Assembly (NCBI GenBank): GCA_041391825.1
Contig: JAWKNF010000008.1
Coordinates: 36,943-100,942 of the forward strand
Length of the DNA: 64,000 nucleotides
Source of the DNA: Flavobacteriales bacterium
GTDB lineage: Bacteria > Bacteroidota > Bacteroidia > Flavobacteriales_F > PHOS-HE28
Direction: 5' to 3'
The first letter of the stretch is position 1, and each line of letters opens with the position of its first letter. The notes below the pieces were generated by a model, which ran no database searches, had not been told where the DNA came from, and saw nothing but the letters and a program-made list of their open reading frames with translations. Below, one piece after another: positions 1-10,565 of the stretch. Position numbers and translations under genes: made by a program.

Positions 1-1562
1 GCTTGGGCTTCTGCAGGGCATTGGCGTCCACACCGCCGCTCAGGATCTTTCCACTTGCTGGTTGTACGGTGTTGTACGCGCGTGCCAAGCGGGTGATCGA
101 GTCGAGCAGGATCACCACGTCATGGCCGCATTCCACCATGGCCTTGGCTTTTTCCAGTACGATGCCGGCCACCTGCACGTGCCGCGCAGCGGGTTCATCG
201 AAGGTGCTGGCGATCACTTCTGCATTCACACTGCGGGCCATGTCCGTCACTTCTTCCGGACGTTCATCGATCAACAGGACGATCAGGTAGGCCTCCGGGT
301 GGTTCGCGGCGATGGCGTTCGCCACGTCCTTCAGCAATACCGTCTTACCGGTCTTGGGCTGGGCCACGATCAATCCGCGCTGCCCTTTACCGATGGGGGC
401 GAAGAGGTCCAGAACACGCATGCTCACGTTGGCATCCTTTGCACACAGGTTGAACTTCTCGTCCGGGAAGAGCGGGGTCAGGAACTTGAAGGGAACGCGG
501 TCGCGCACCCATTCCGGATCGCGGCCGTTGATCGTTTCCACCTTGATGAGCGGGAAGAACTTATCGCCCTCACGCGGTGGGCGAACGTATCCGTGTACCG
601 TATCCCCCAGCTTCAATCCGTACTGCTTGATCTGCTGTTGGTTCACATACACATCATCCGGTGATGCGAGGTAGTTGTAATCGCTGCTGCGCAGGAATCC
701 ATAGCCCTCGGGCATCACTTCCAGCACGCCATCGGTCTCCACGAAGGCATCGAAGTTGAACACCTCGCGTTGCGGCCGGTTCTCCCCGCGTTGATCGCGG
801 TCCTGGCCTTGGCGTTGGTCCCTGTCCCGACGATCTCCTCGCTGGTCCCGCTCACCTCGCTGGTCACGATCGCCGCGGCCTTGGTCACGGTTCTGGTCCC
901 GAGGCTGGTCCTTCTGTTGGTCCTTGTTCTGATCACGGTTCTGGTCCCGATCATTCCCGCGCTGACGATCCTGTTGGCCACGCGGTTCACGGCCGTCCCG
1001 ATCACGTCTGTCCTTTCGTCCACGATCACGTGCATCACCGCCGGATCCTTGGCCCTCTGCCTGTGGTTGTTGACGGTCCTCACCACGCTCCCTCCGTTCG
1101 TTGCGTTGCTGGTGATCACTCTGGGGTCGTTCGCGGCCGTCGGCATTCGATGACCTCACCTCTCTGCTTTCTGCCGGCTTCTTTTCGGAACTTGCCGGAA
1201 CTGCTCCCGCGGCGTCCGCATCATCTGCGTCGTCGTCATCCTCGCCATCCTCGTCGTTATCATCGTCGTCGTCATCATCATCGTCGTCGTCCCCGTCCCC
1301 GAGGTTCAACGGCAATTCCGGTTCTGGATCTTCCTCGGGAACAACTTCGTCCGCGGTGCCCAAGGCGGTTATAGCATTCTCGTCCTCAACGAATTTGGGG
1401 CCGATCGGCTTACTGGGAGCGGGATCCGCAGGCTGGTTCTCCAGGATCTTGTTGATCAGGTCCTGCTTTTTCAGCGTATCGGCTTTCTTCAGGTTCATCT
1501 GGCGGGCAAGCTCCTTCAACTCGGAGAGCTTCATGCCGCTCAGTGCGTTCTGGTCGTACATG
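1..1562 (-). CDS. rho: Transcription termination factor Rho. The C-terminus is truncated at the window edge. A long acidic then RD/RG/Q-rich low-complexity insert lies between the N-terminal domain and the ATPase core.
   Basis: Reverse-strand translation reads [42 protein letters not shown]..., then a D-rich tract, RDQNRDQ-type repeats and an OB-fold region. It ends with the canonical [59 protein letters not shown]... P-loop and RNA-binding motifs. The frame is uninterrupted. Confidence 0.9.
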
Positions 1563-1817
1563 TACGTGAGAATGGTGTTGGGCGCGGAATTGACCGTTCG
1601 ATCGGTCCTAAGCGGTAAAAGCCGTTATGGCTTCGTTGTGGATGCCTGGATGTAGGGACGCAAGAGAGGACCTATTTGACGTGGAACGTCATTACGACGT
1701 CCGCCCGGTCCCAAGTGTAACGATGCAATGTTACGGGGATCCGTTGAAAGTGCCAACCGTAAATTCCCGATAGGCCCGGAACATGCGGAAGCCGACCAAG
1801 CTTATTTTCGCGGCCAG

Positions 1818-2291
1818 ATGTGGCAACGCAAACAAAGCTTATTCCTTTTCTTGGCAGCAGCGCTGTCCTTCGCGACCTGGGCCTTCCCGGTCGCCACCTA
1901 CGACCAAGGAGGAGCCGCCTATGAGTTCCGGACCACAGGCTTGTACGGGGCCGGGGGTATGGAACTGGTCGATGTGGGCATGAAGATCCCCTTTTCCATC
2001 ATCCTGAGCGTTCTAGGCCTGGCGCTGCTACTGACGATCGCACTGTACAAGAACCGGCCACGTCAAATGCGCTTCGTGCGAGGGACCTATTTGCTGATGC
2101 TGGGCGTGATCGCCTTTTTGTTCATCACGGATAATTCCATGCGGGCCTATCTGGAGCGTTCCGGGGAAGTGGTGGGCCATTATGGGCCGAGCTTCTACTT
2201 CCCAATGGTGATCCTCGTCCTCGCCTTCCTTGCGGAGCGCGGTATCCGTAAGGATGAGGATCTGGTGAGAAGCGTGGACCGCTTGCGCTGA
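1818..2291 (+). CDS. Small multi-pass membrane protein, DUF4293-like.
   Basis: Internal ATG gives MWQRKQSLFLFLAAALSF..., followed by 3-4 hydrophobic helices. The longer upstream extension of the ORF is not protein-like. Confidence 0.5.
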   Translation: MWQRKQSLFLFLAAALSFATWAFPVATYDQGGAAYEFRTTGLYGAGGMELVDVGMKIPFSIILSVLGLALLLTIALYKNRPRQMRFVRGTYLLMLGVIAFLFITDNSMRAYLERSGEVVGHYGPSFYFPMVILVLAFLAERGIRKDEDLVRSVDRLR

Positions 2292-3062
2292 TCAGCTTTT
2301 GGCCACTTGGGCCTTGAACTTCGCGATCGCCTCCCGGGTGAATTGGCTGAGGACCAATCGACCGCTTATCGCAGCGCGCTCTGCGAGCAGTTCATCCCAG
2401 TCCTCGGTCCCTCTCCATAGCACTTTTTTCAGGTCCGCCATGGCCTCGGGGCTGTATGCCGCCAATTCCTTGGTGTGAGCGTCGATCCGCTCGTCCAAAG
2501 CTTCCACGGTGGGAAAGGTCTCTGCGTATAGGCCGCGCTGTACACACCAGTCCGCTTCGCGCCTCAGGGCAGGCGTTGCGGAAAGTAGCCCGAAGGTACC
2601 GGAGCCGGTCTTTCGCTCCACCGCCGGACCGACCACGAACGGACCGATGCCGATGGCCAGCTCGCTCAAGCGGGCGCTTGCCTTGCTGTGTGCATAGGCG
2701 ATATCCACCGCACTGGCCAGCCCAACGCCGCCGCCTACCGTGTGCGCATGTATCCGACCGATGACAAGTACGGGTGCCTTCCGGATCGCGTTGATCACCA
2801 AGGCGAAGCCGCTGAAGAACACCAGACCTTGTTCCTCGTTCTCGATCGATACAAGTTCGTCAAAGCTGGCACCTGCACAGAAAGCACGGTCGCCCTCGCT
2901 GCGTAGCACGATCACGCGCACGGCCTTGTCCAGCCCCGCATTTTCGATCGCCTTGGCCATGTCACGCAGGATATGTCCAGGGAGGCTGTTGCTCTTCGGG
3001 TGGTGGAAGGTCACAGTGGCCACACCGTTCACGGTGGCGCTTTTCACATATCCGTCAGACAT
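2292..3062 (-). CDS. Enoyl-CoA hydratase/isomerase (crotonase-fold) family protein.
   Basis: MSDGYVKSATVNGVATVTFHHPKSNSL... AFCAGASFDEL ... GGGVGLASAVDIAYA matches the crotonase oxyanion-hole motifs. The start was chosen at MSDGY; an upstream extension is possible. Confidence 0.75.
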   Translation of the reverse strand: MSDGYVKSATVNGVATVTFHHPKSNSLPGHILRDMAKAIENAGLDKAVRVIVLRSEGDRAFCAGASFDELVSIENEEQGLVFFSGFALVINAIRKAPVLVIGRIHAHTVGGGVGLASAVDIAYAHSKASARLSELAIGIGPFVVGPAVERKTGSGTFGLLSATPALRREADWCVQRGLYAETFPTVEALDERIDAHTKELAAYSPEAMADLKKVLWRGTEDWDELLAERAAISGRLVLSQFTREAIAKFKAQVAKS

Positions 3063-3197
3063 GATGGGTGTTGCGTTGGATCGATCCGTATTCGGCGCAA
3101 AGATCGGCCACGGCCGGGGTACAAATGTCATGACATCCATTTCACCTAATGTGACCTGTTGAAGAAATGGCGTCCCAAGTACAAACCCTAACAAAAG

Positions 3198-3623
3198 ATG
3201 CTAGATCAGATACTCTCCTCCCTGAAGGACAAGGCAACGCCAGAACTCATGAACAAGCTCGGCTTGAATGCCGACCAAGCCAACGGTTCCGTTACGGCCG
3301 CCGCCGATAGTGTAAAGCAAGTGGTATCCGGTGGAGATGGCTTCGGCATGGATGATGCGCTCAGCTTGTTCAGCAGTGCGAAGAACAGCGCTGGTGCCGA
3401 TGGGATGATGGGCAAGATCGGAGAGGTCCTCATGGGCAAACTCACCGGTCAAGTGGGACTTGATGCCGGGAAAGCCAGCGGCGTATCCGCCATGCTGATG
3501 CCCATGGTCATGGACCTGGTCTCCAAGCATGTTGGCGGTGACGCGAAGAACCTTCAGGGCCTGCTTGGAGGCGGCGGTATCGCCGATGCCGCGAAAGGCA
3601 TGCTGGGAAAACTATTCAAGTAG
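3198..3623 (+). CDS. Hypothetical protein, Gly/Ala/Met-rich, possibly DUF937-like.
   Basis: A 141-aa ORF with protein-like composition and no recognisable catalytic motif. Confidence 0.45.
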   Translation: MLDQILSSLKDKATPELMNKLGLNADQANGSVTAAADSVKQVVSGGDGFGMDDALSLFSSAKNSAGADGMMGKIGEVLMGKLTGQVGLDAGKASGVSAMLMPMVMDLVSKHVGGDAKNLQGLLGGGGIADAAKGMLGKLFK

Positions 3624-3734
3624 TATTGCTCCGGGACGCCCGTGATCGAACGGCCTCTGATGCTGACCGCTGAAGGGGCCGTTCGTGTATCCTTTCGAAC
3701 GGCCGGAGGAATGCTTCGGACGGTAGCGCTCGGT

Positions 3735-4805
3735 TCAGGCAGCGATAGCGACGGGTTGGGGGCGCTCCGGAATAGGTGCTGTCCGGCTTTTCAAGAATGC
3801 GATCACGTCGTCGTTCGTTGGATAGCGACCATCGATATCCACGAAATGTTCGGCCAACAGGTCGTAGCGCTTACGCATCAGTCGAAAGAACACGTCCATG
3901 TAATTCAACCCGGCGAAAACGACAGCTTCATTCTCCGCGAAATCATTCACGTGCTTTTGGAAGTAGACCGGATGTTCGGTCCAATGCATGGTGGGGTCCA
4001 CATGATGGCTGATGTGGTAGCCATCGTTCCAGCACCTGTGGTTGAACTTCACGTTGATACAGGTGATGCTGTTCTTGAAATGATGCCCGGGTTCTTCTGC
4101 ATCCACGAAGGTGTGCTGCACCCAATTTCCGGCCATGGCCACGAGCCGAAAGATCAGGAACGGTATGATGAACACCGCTAAGGTCGCAGGAAGGTCCACG
4201 AAGCTCATCGCGATGCAAAAGCAAATGAAGAGCAGTTCACCGCGAATGACACCGATGAACAGCTTCTTTCGTTTTCGACGGAACAGGTACATGGCCAAAG
4301 TGGCGATCCCGGTGAACAGGAAACGGATGTAGTAATGAGCAAAGCCCCGAACCGAATCCCGCTGGTAGCTCATGGTACTGCTCTCGTCGGCTTCGAGGTT
4401 GTTCTCGGTATGGTGCATTCCCACGTGATGGGCCCGGTAGGTTTCCGGGCTTTGACCGAAGAACGGCGCCAGGACCCACGGGATGATCACGTTGAGCGCA
4501 CCATGGCCTTCCTTGTAAAGGGGGCGATGGGTGCTGCAGTGCATCATCAACCCGAAGGGGCCTTTGAAGTACACATTGTTCAAGTAGAAGTAGACCGCTG
4601 CGATGCCCACCCACGCCCAGCCGGAAATGAAGGGCATGTACAGCAATACGGCCAAGGGGACCATGAAGAAGGCCACCTGCAGCGTGAGGTAGGGGAAGGG
4701 AAGGTCCCTTTTGTCGCGAAGAAAACGGAGGAAGAACCGGTCGATGTAACCGTGTTCAACGTTCGGGTCGTATACAGGGTCCGTGATAACGGGGAGTCTG
4801 AGCAT
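3735..4805 (-). CDS. Membrane fatty-acid desaturase family protein.
   Basis: Histidine boxes HHVGMHH and HISHH lie within a multi-TM protein. Confidence 0.75.
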   Translation of the reverse strand: MLRLPVITDPVYDPNVEHGYIDRFFLRFLRDKRDLPFPYLTLQVAFFMVPLAVLLYMPFISGWAWVGIAAVYFYLNNVYFKGPFGLMMHCSTHRPLYKEGHGALNVIIPWVLAPFFGQSPETYRAHHVGMHHTENNLEADESSTMSYQRDSVRGFAHYYIRFLFTGIATLAMYLFRRKRKKLFIGVIRGELLFICFCIAMSFVDLPATLAVFIIPFLIFRLVAMAGNWVQHTFVDAEEPGHHFKNSITCINVKFNHRCWNDGYHISHHVDPTMHWTEHPVYFQKHVNDFAENEAVVFAGLNYMDVFFRLMRKRYDLLAEHFVDIDGRYPTNDDVIAFLKSRTAPIPERPQPVAIAA

Positions 4806-4973
4806 AGGGGGTTTCAGGGGCGCAAGCTAAGGCTATCCGGATGGTCCTGTTGATCGGTGCATTTCCTTGGGAATGCCGAACGTGCGGTCCAATATCAGGA
4901 TCGGGTTTGAGGATCGAAGGATCCAATGCACTTTGTATCGTCCGATGAAGAATGATTAAGAAGATCAGTTGGA

Positions 4974-7528
4974 ATGCTCGTTGAACGACTGATCGCGCAT
5001 GCCGTTACATTGAATGACCATGTCGCGGTCCGTTCGGTAACGGACAGGAGTACTCACGTATGGTGAGCTGCCACGGAGCTTCAGTGCGATCCGGGACTGG
5101 TTGCTGGATCGAGGGATCGAAGCTGGCGACCATGTTGGCATCGCCATGTCCAATGGCCCGGACCTGGCGATCGCTCTGCTTGGTACAGCCATGCATGCCA
5201 CTGTTACTCCGATGGATCCTGCACAGGTCCCCTTGGAATGGAGTTCCGTGCTTCGTCACGTAGGGGCGAAGGCTTTGATCACGGACCCGACCAACGAACA
5301 GGTCGCCCGTTCCGTGGGGCGTTCGTTGTCCATACCAGTTCACGTCATCCCATTTCTTCACGAAGGCCCTTTGGGTCGTTTGGCCGGTGTGGATAGGCCA
5401 GCGAAGGGATTCATGCCACCTGCTGAGGATCATATCCTGTTGATGCATCGAACCTCAGGTACCACGGGTACGAGCAAGCGCGTCCCACTGCGTATGGTGA
5501 ACATCGCTGCGCAGGCTTGCAATACGGCGGAAAGCCTGCTCTTAACCGCTGATGATCGCATTCTACAGGTGATGCCGCTGTTCCATATGCACGGCTTCGG
5601 ATACCTTACGGGTACGTTATGGAGCGGTGGTACAGTGGTCTGTACCCCGGGGCACGATGGAAGAAAGTACCCGGAGTGGTGCCGAGCGTTCCGTCCAACT
5701 TGGTTCTCTGCATCCCCGGCCATTCTTCAGGACATGGCACGGATACATGCGAAACATCCCGATCTCAAGGTCAGTTCACCCTTCCGGTTCGTCAGGTCCT
5801 TGTCCGCCGCCATTTCGGCACCATTGATCGAGGAGATCGAGAAAGTGACCGGCGCTCCGTTAGTGGAACAGTATGGACTGACCGAAGCGCTTTCTCCAGT
5901 GATTGCCAACAGGCCATTGGGTGGTGAACGGAAACGAGGTGCCATCGGCAAGCCTTTCCGCACCGAGGTCCGAATAGTCGATGGGAACGGAAAGGACGTG
6001 GCCGGTGGCTCCACTGGGGAGATCGTGCTTCGGGGGACCGGCGTCATACCTGCATATGCCGAGAGCGACGAGGTCAACACGCGTTCATGGTTCGGTGAAT
6101 GGTTCCGTACCGGGGACTTGGGAATGATCGACGAAGACGGCTTCGTTCATCTTTCGGGTCGCTTGAAGGAAGAGATCAATCGGGGCGGAGAGAAGATCGA
6201 CCCTTTGGAGGTCGAGAACGCCTTGATGGGTCATCCCGGCGTTCAAGCTGCCGCGGCCTTCGCTGTTCCGCACCCGACGCTTGGTGAGGATGTGGCTATT
6301 GCATACGTGCCTTCCGGGGTGCCGATACCGAGCAACGACTTGCGCAACTGGATGCAGGAGCGGATCTCGTTGCACAAGGTACCGAAGGTCTTCCATGCGT
6401 TGGAGGCGCTTCCGGTCACCGCAACCGGCAAGTTGAAACGCTTGGAATTGGCCAGCACCCTGCGATCAGGTTTGAACGGAGCGCTGACGCACGACCATTC
6501 GCTTGACAGTACGGAGGGGTATGAGCACGCCACTGACCGCGCACCGGTCCTGGCCAAACCGGAGCAAGCGGATCGCGCCCCGGATCTGCTCCCGGCCACG
6601 TACATAGAGCGGACCATCGCCATGGTCTGGGGTCAGGAATTGCGGCGTGATCGGATCTATTTGGATGATGACTTTTTCCAGATCGGGGGGGATAGCCTTT
6701 CCGGCGTGCGTACTTGTGCCCGCATCAGTGAAATGCTGGAGGCGAAGGTTGACCTGGCCCTGTTGTTCCGGCGACCTTCCCTGCGCGATTTTGCCGGTGC
6801 GCTGACCTCCAGTGACCGGGTGGACCATTGGCTGAACCTGACCCCGATCCGGCTTTCAGGCCCGTATACGCCATTCGTGTGCGTGCATGGCGATGAAGGG
6901 AACTACAACCTGCCTCGGCTTTTCAGCGACGATCGTCCGTTCATCGGGTTCATGCACCAAGGCGAGGATGGCAAGGGTATGCGGTACAAGACCATCCGTT
7001 CCATGGCACGGCACTATGTGAACGGAATTGCTCGAGGCACGACCCGAAGGGCCCTATATCCTGTCGGATTCAGTACGGGAGGATCCTGGCATTCGAGATG
7101 GCGCAACGCCTGGTTGCCATGGGAAAGAAGGTCCCACTGCTAGTCATGTTGGACACGCGTGGCCCGACCTTCAATTGGTGGCGCTATTCGCCACGAACGA
7201 AACTGGCCGATGCTACGCGGCGAATACCTGCGTCCGCGCTGTGAGCGGTACTTGCGCAAAGGCGTGCCCATCCCTTTCGATCTTCGCAATTTTTACATCA
7301 TCAACACCTACCGCAAGGCCGTGGGCCTACCGTCCGAAGCCCTATGCCGGTGAGGTACTATACATACGGAGCGCCCAACGAGCCGAAGAACTCATGGGTT
7401 GGGATGATCGTTGACCGGTCCGGTGCACGTGGAGGTGGTGGAAGGGAAGCACTTGGCATTATTCGCGAGCCCATGTTGCTGAGTTGGCTTCCGTATTGGA
7501 AAAGTTCATGGAGGACAAGGGGATATGA
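4974..7528 (+). pseudogene. NRPS-like adenylation (acyl/aryl-AMP ligase) + PCP + thioesterase gene. It is frameshifted at the 5' end (about 5045) and several times in the thioesterase domain (about 7030-7500).
   Basis: In-frame stop at 5037-5039; the N-terminus reads MLVERLIAHAVTLNDHVAVRSVTDRS, then shifts frame into TYGELPRSFSAIRDWLLDRG. About 2 kb of AMP-binding domain is intact (SGTTGTSKRV, YGLTE, GEIVLRG, KLKR). The PCP motif DDDFFQIGGDSL is present. The thioesterase pieces are spread over three frames: GYSTGG-like, ILAFEMAQRLVAMGKKVPLLVMLDTRGP and HVAELASVLEKFMEDKGI-stop. Confidence 0.7.
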
Positions 7529-7579
7529 TGCCTTTGGAGATCCGGGAATTCCGGCTCTGCGAATGCTGATGTCACTTCT

Positions 7580-8305
7580 TCATCGTCGTGCTGTCAACTC
7601 TCCTTCGATCTGTTCCATCAACACGAGGATCCGCTCCTCGAAGCCTTGATAGATCCGGACCATATGTCCCGCGTGAACACGTTCATGCGCACCACGCCTT
7701 TGAACGGGTTGTCGTCCATGAGCTACGGGATCGATGGGGTAGCCGCTCTTCCAAACGGTGTCCATCACCACCTTGGCGTAAATGTGCGGCCCAGATCGAC
7801 CAGGCTGAAGATGCGAATCGAATCCTTGTTCCACCTTGTTCAGGTAGGTGTAGCGTTCAGAATACAGCGTCGTGATGCTGCGTCGCAAACTATCGTTCCG
7901 GATCAGGTCGAAGCCGATGCTCTTCAGGTTGTCGAGGCCGATGTATTGGGTGTGAGCACCGTGCTCCCGAACAGGTTCCCGTAGTGGACCCGCAAGCGAA
8001 TCATGGAAGGGCGTACGGTCCTCCAAATGCTTCAACACGGCCACATTCCCATTCAACAGGCGTTGGTTCATGCCGATGTTGTACCGGCAATCCTGAAGGT
8101 CCGCCTCCAGGTTGCTGCGCATCTCGGCCAATAGCCCGATTTCCTTGGCGGCTTCCTTGCGCCCGGCGTTCCAGTTGTTCAGCTGCAGGGCCAGGAAGAT
8201 CCCGATCACCACCAGTAGGATCTCGCCTACGGCGTATGTGAGGTAGCGTGTAACGCGACCCTTGGCCAGTAGACCTTGGCGGATCTGGCGGAAGAGGCGG
8301 GTCAT
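7580..8305 (-). CDS. DUF6090-like single-pass membrane protein, paralog 1 of a tandem array.
   Basis: Internal start MTRLFRQIRQGLLAKGRVTRYLTYAVGEILLVVIGIFLALQLNNWN gives the conserved N-terminal anchor. The ATGA overlaps the next paralog. Confidence 0.65.
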   Translation of the reverse strand: MTRLFRQIRQGLLAKGRVTRYLTYAVGEILLVVIGIFLALQLNNWNAGRKEAAKEIGLLAEMRSNLEADLQDCRYNIGMNQRLLNGNVAVLKHLEDRTPFHDSLAGPLREPVREHGAHTQYIGLDNLKSIGFDLIRNDSLRRSITTLYSERYTYLNKVEQGFDSHLQPGRSGPHIYAKVVMDTVWKSGYPIDPVAHGRQPVQRRGAHERVHAGHMVRIYQGFEERILVLMEQIEGELTARR

Positions 8306-9081
8306 GGGTGTGACTGTATCTCGTGTTGCAGCGCCTGGACCAAAGTGTCCGAATGCTGTATCATCGTGTAGGCATGCCTGCGGTTCCGCTCGGTGGAACG
8401 GTGCGATCGGTGAAGTGCGGACTTCAGGTCGATGCATTCGCGGGACCTGCGGTCCAGGTACCACGGATGATCCTTCAATGCGGTACGGCCGTAAACCCGG
8501 TAGTCGTCGGCCAGGTCGTTGAAACCGTATTTGCATTCCTTCCAAGCGTTGTTGGCTTCTTCGTTCCACTCGATGACGTAGCGCTCTTCCCGGTCCAGCA
8601 GTTGATAATACTTCTGGATGCGTTTCATCAGGCTATCGGGACCCAGTGAATAGAAGCGGCCAGAACTGAGCATCTCACGGTATACGGCATTGCTCATGTT
8701 ATACAGGCTGCCGTCATACAATTCGCCTGCTTCCAGCATCCAGACCATGCGCTCCTCATCAAGGCCCTCCGTGATATATGCAATGGCCGTGTCGATACGG
8801 CCCAGCATGGGTGTCCAGCCCATTCGCACCTTCTGGAATGAATACATGGTATCCAAGTAGTGCAGTCGGTCGATGTTGATGGCGAGTTCGTCCTGCATGC
8901 GTTCCATGAGGCGCACATTGGTGCGCTCCTGTTTCCACTGTGCGCTGGTATCATTGACCTGCAGTGCGATGAGGATCCCGATCACCACCAGCACGATCTC
9001 GCCGATGGCATAGACCAGGTAGCGCGTCAGTCGATTCTCCTTCAAGAGGCGCTGCCGGATGGTGTTGAAAATGCGGGGCAT
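8302..9081 (-). CDS. DUF6090-like single-pass membrane protein, paralog 2.
   Basis: MPRIFNTIRQRLLKENRLTRYLVYAIGEIVLVVIGILIALQVN... Confidence 0.7.
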   Translation of the reverse strand: MPRIFNTIRQRLLKENRLTRYLVYAIGEIVLVVIGILIALQVNDTSAQWKQERTNVRLMERMQDELAINIDRLHYLDTMYSFQKVRMGWTPMLGRIDTAIAYITEGLDEERMVWMLEAGELYDGSLYNMSNAVYREMLSSGRFYSLGPDSLMKRIQKYYQLLDREERYVIEWNEEANNAWKECKYGFNDLADDYRVYGRTALKDHPWYLDRRSRECIDLKSALHRSHRSTERNRRHAYTMIQHSDTLVQALQHEIQSHP

Positions 9082-9084
9082 GGT

Positions 9085-9834
9085 TCAGTTTTCCTGGTGT
9101 TCCAGTTCAATGCGGATCCGTTCCCTGCACGCGGCCACCTTCTCCGCAAGGCCCCGGTAGTTGCTCAGCATGTACACGCGCAGATCAAGGTTCATGAGCA
9201 CGGCGTTCTTGAACAAGTCGTCGGTCTTCAGTGCACTGAAGTCTTTTGGGCGCCCCGAACTCAATGCCATGCGCTTGTCCACGCTCGGGTCGATCACCAT
9301 CCTATCGATCACTGCGGGTATGACCACAGCATATTGCAAGGCATGGTCGTCCTGCTTCTCGAAATCGATCACATTGTGATAGCTGAATGAGTAGAGTTGA
9401 GTGATCATCATACGCAGGGAGTCGTTGGAGATGATCTCCAGCCCACGTGACTTCAGCGTTTCGTAGGCGCTGTAGTTCATCACCGAGCGTGTGGTGTAAA
9501 GGAGGTTGCCGAAATACTGGTCCATGGTATCGGAATATGCTTCATGCTCCTCCAAGCTTTTCAGTACCATTTCCGCAGCGCGCCGCCGCACTTCGTTGAA
9601 ATCAATGTTGAATTGGATGTCCACGGAATCCGCCTGTAGGTTGTTGGCGATCTCCTTCAGGTACTTGATCTCCACCTGCTTCAACTGCTGTTCGTTGTTC
9701 CAGTTGTTCAGCTGCAGTGCGATGACGATCCCGATGACCACCAGCACGATCTCGCCGATGGCATACGCGAGGTACCGTGTGATGCGGCCCTTGGCCAGCA
9801 GGCTCTGGCGGATGCTGCGGAGGAATCGGATCAT
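9085..9834 (-). CDS. DUF6090-like single-pass membrane protein, paralog 3.
   Basis: MIRFLRSIRQSLLAKGRITRYLAYAIGEIVLVVIGIVIALQLNNWN. Confidence 0.7.
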   Translation of the reverse strand: MIRFLRSIRQSLLAKGRITRYLAYAIGEIVLVVIGIVIALQLNNWNNEQQLKQVEIKYLKEIANNLQADSVDIQFNIDFNEVRRRAAEMVLKSLEEHEAYSDTMDQYFGNLLYTTRSVMNYSAYETLKSRGLEIISNDSLRMMITQLYSFSYHNVIDFEKQDDHALQYAVVIPAVIDRMVIDPSVDKRMALSSGRPKDFSALKTDDLFKNAVLMNLDLRVYMLSNYRGLAEKVAACRERIRIELEHQEN

Positions 9835-10565
9835 GGGTCTTCGGTCTTGGCCAGTTCACGTTCGATCATGGCCATGAGGCGGCTTGTCTCCTTACGTGCT
9901 ATCTCATATTCACCGGCGATGTGGTTGTTGGTCACCGCCTTCCAGCGCACGGCCGTCTGGAACTCCAGGTCGTCCATAAGACCTTCATAGTCGTGGGGTG
10001 TGGAATCCCACCAAGGCCTGTTGATGCGAACGCGTTTCAGCACCACGGGGAGGATGTTGTGCACCTGGTCCTCGGACAGCATTTCCTTTTCCAGCTTGAG
10101 CAGGCGCGTGATGTCCAGGGAATACAGCTTGGTGATGGCGATGCGGATGCTGTCGTTCCGGATCAGGTCGAAGCCGATGCTCTTCAGGTTGTCGTACGCC
10201 GATGTGTTCAGCGTGGCTACGCCATGGATGAGGATCCGCCCGTAGTGCAGCGACATCGAGTTCTGCCAGGGTCTACGGGCCTCCAGTCCATTGACGATGT
10301 GATCGGCCGAGGCGCCGATGTCCAGGCTCCAGTCGCGGTTGCCCGCATGGTCCAACGAGTCCATGTGAAGGTTTCTGAGCAACTCCTTCAGGATCTTTTG
10401 CTCCTGCACGCTGCGCTTACGGCCCTCGTTCCAATTGTTCACCTGCAAGGCCAACAGGATGCCGATCATCACCAGGGCGATCTCACCAATGGCGTAGAGC
10501 AGGTAGCGGGTGAAGCGGTTCTCTTTAAGCATACGTTGACGGATATGTCGGAAGAACCTGATCAT
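9831..10565 (-). CDS. DUF6090-like single-pass membrane protein, paralog 4.
   Basis: MIRFFRHIRQRMLKENRFTRYLLYAIGEIALVMIGILLALQVNNWN. ATGA overlaps the neighbours on both sides. Confidence 0.7.
   Translation of the reverse strand: MIRFFRHIRQRMLKENRFTRYLLYAIGEIALVMIGILLALQVNNWNEGRKRSVQEQKILKELLRNLHMDSLDHAGNRDWSLDIGASADHIVNGLEARRPWQNSMSLHYGRILIHGVATLNTSAYDNLKSIGFDLIRNDSIRIAITKLYSLDITRLLKLEKEMLSEDQVHNILPVVLKRVRINRPWWDSTPHDYEGLMDDLEFQTAVRWKAVTNNHIAGEYEIARKETSRLMAMIERELAKTEDP

Noticed and set aside
62-664. 200-aa plus-strand ORF ([19 protein letters not shown]...).
   Set aside because: Lies entirely antisense to the well-conserved rho coding sequence. His/Arg/Gly-rich composition typical of antisense frames in high-GC genes.
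770-1153. 127-aa plus-strand hydrophobic ORF ([20 protein letters not shown]...).
   Set aside because: Antisense of the RD/RG-repeat region of rho. The periodic L/V/P pattern is an artefact of reading GAC/CGC repeats backwards.
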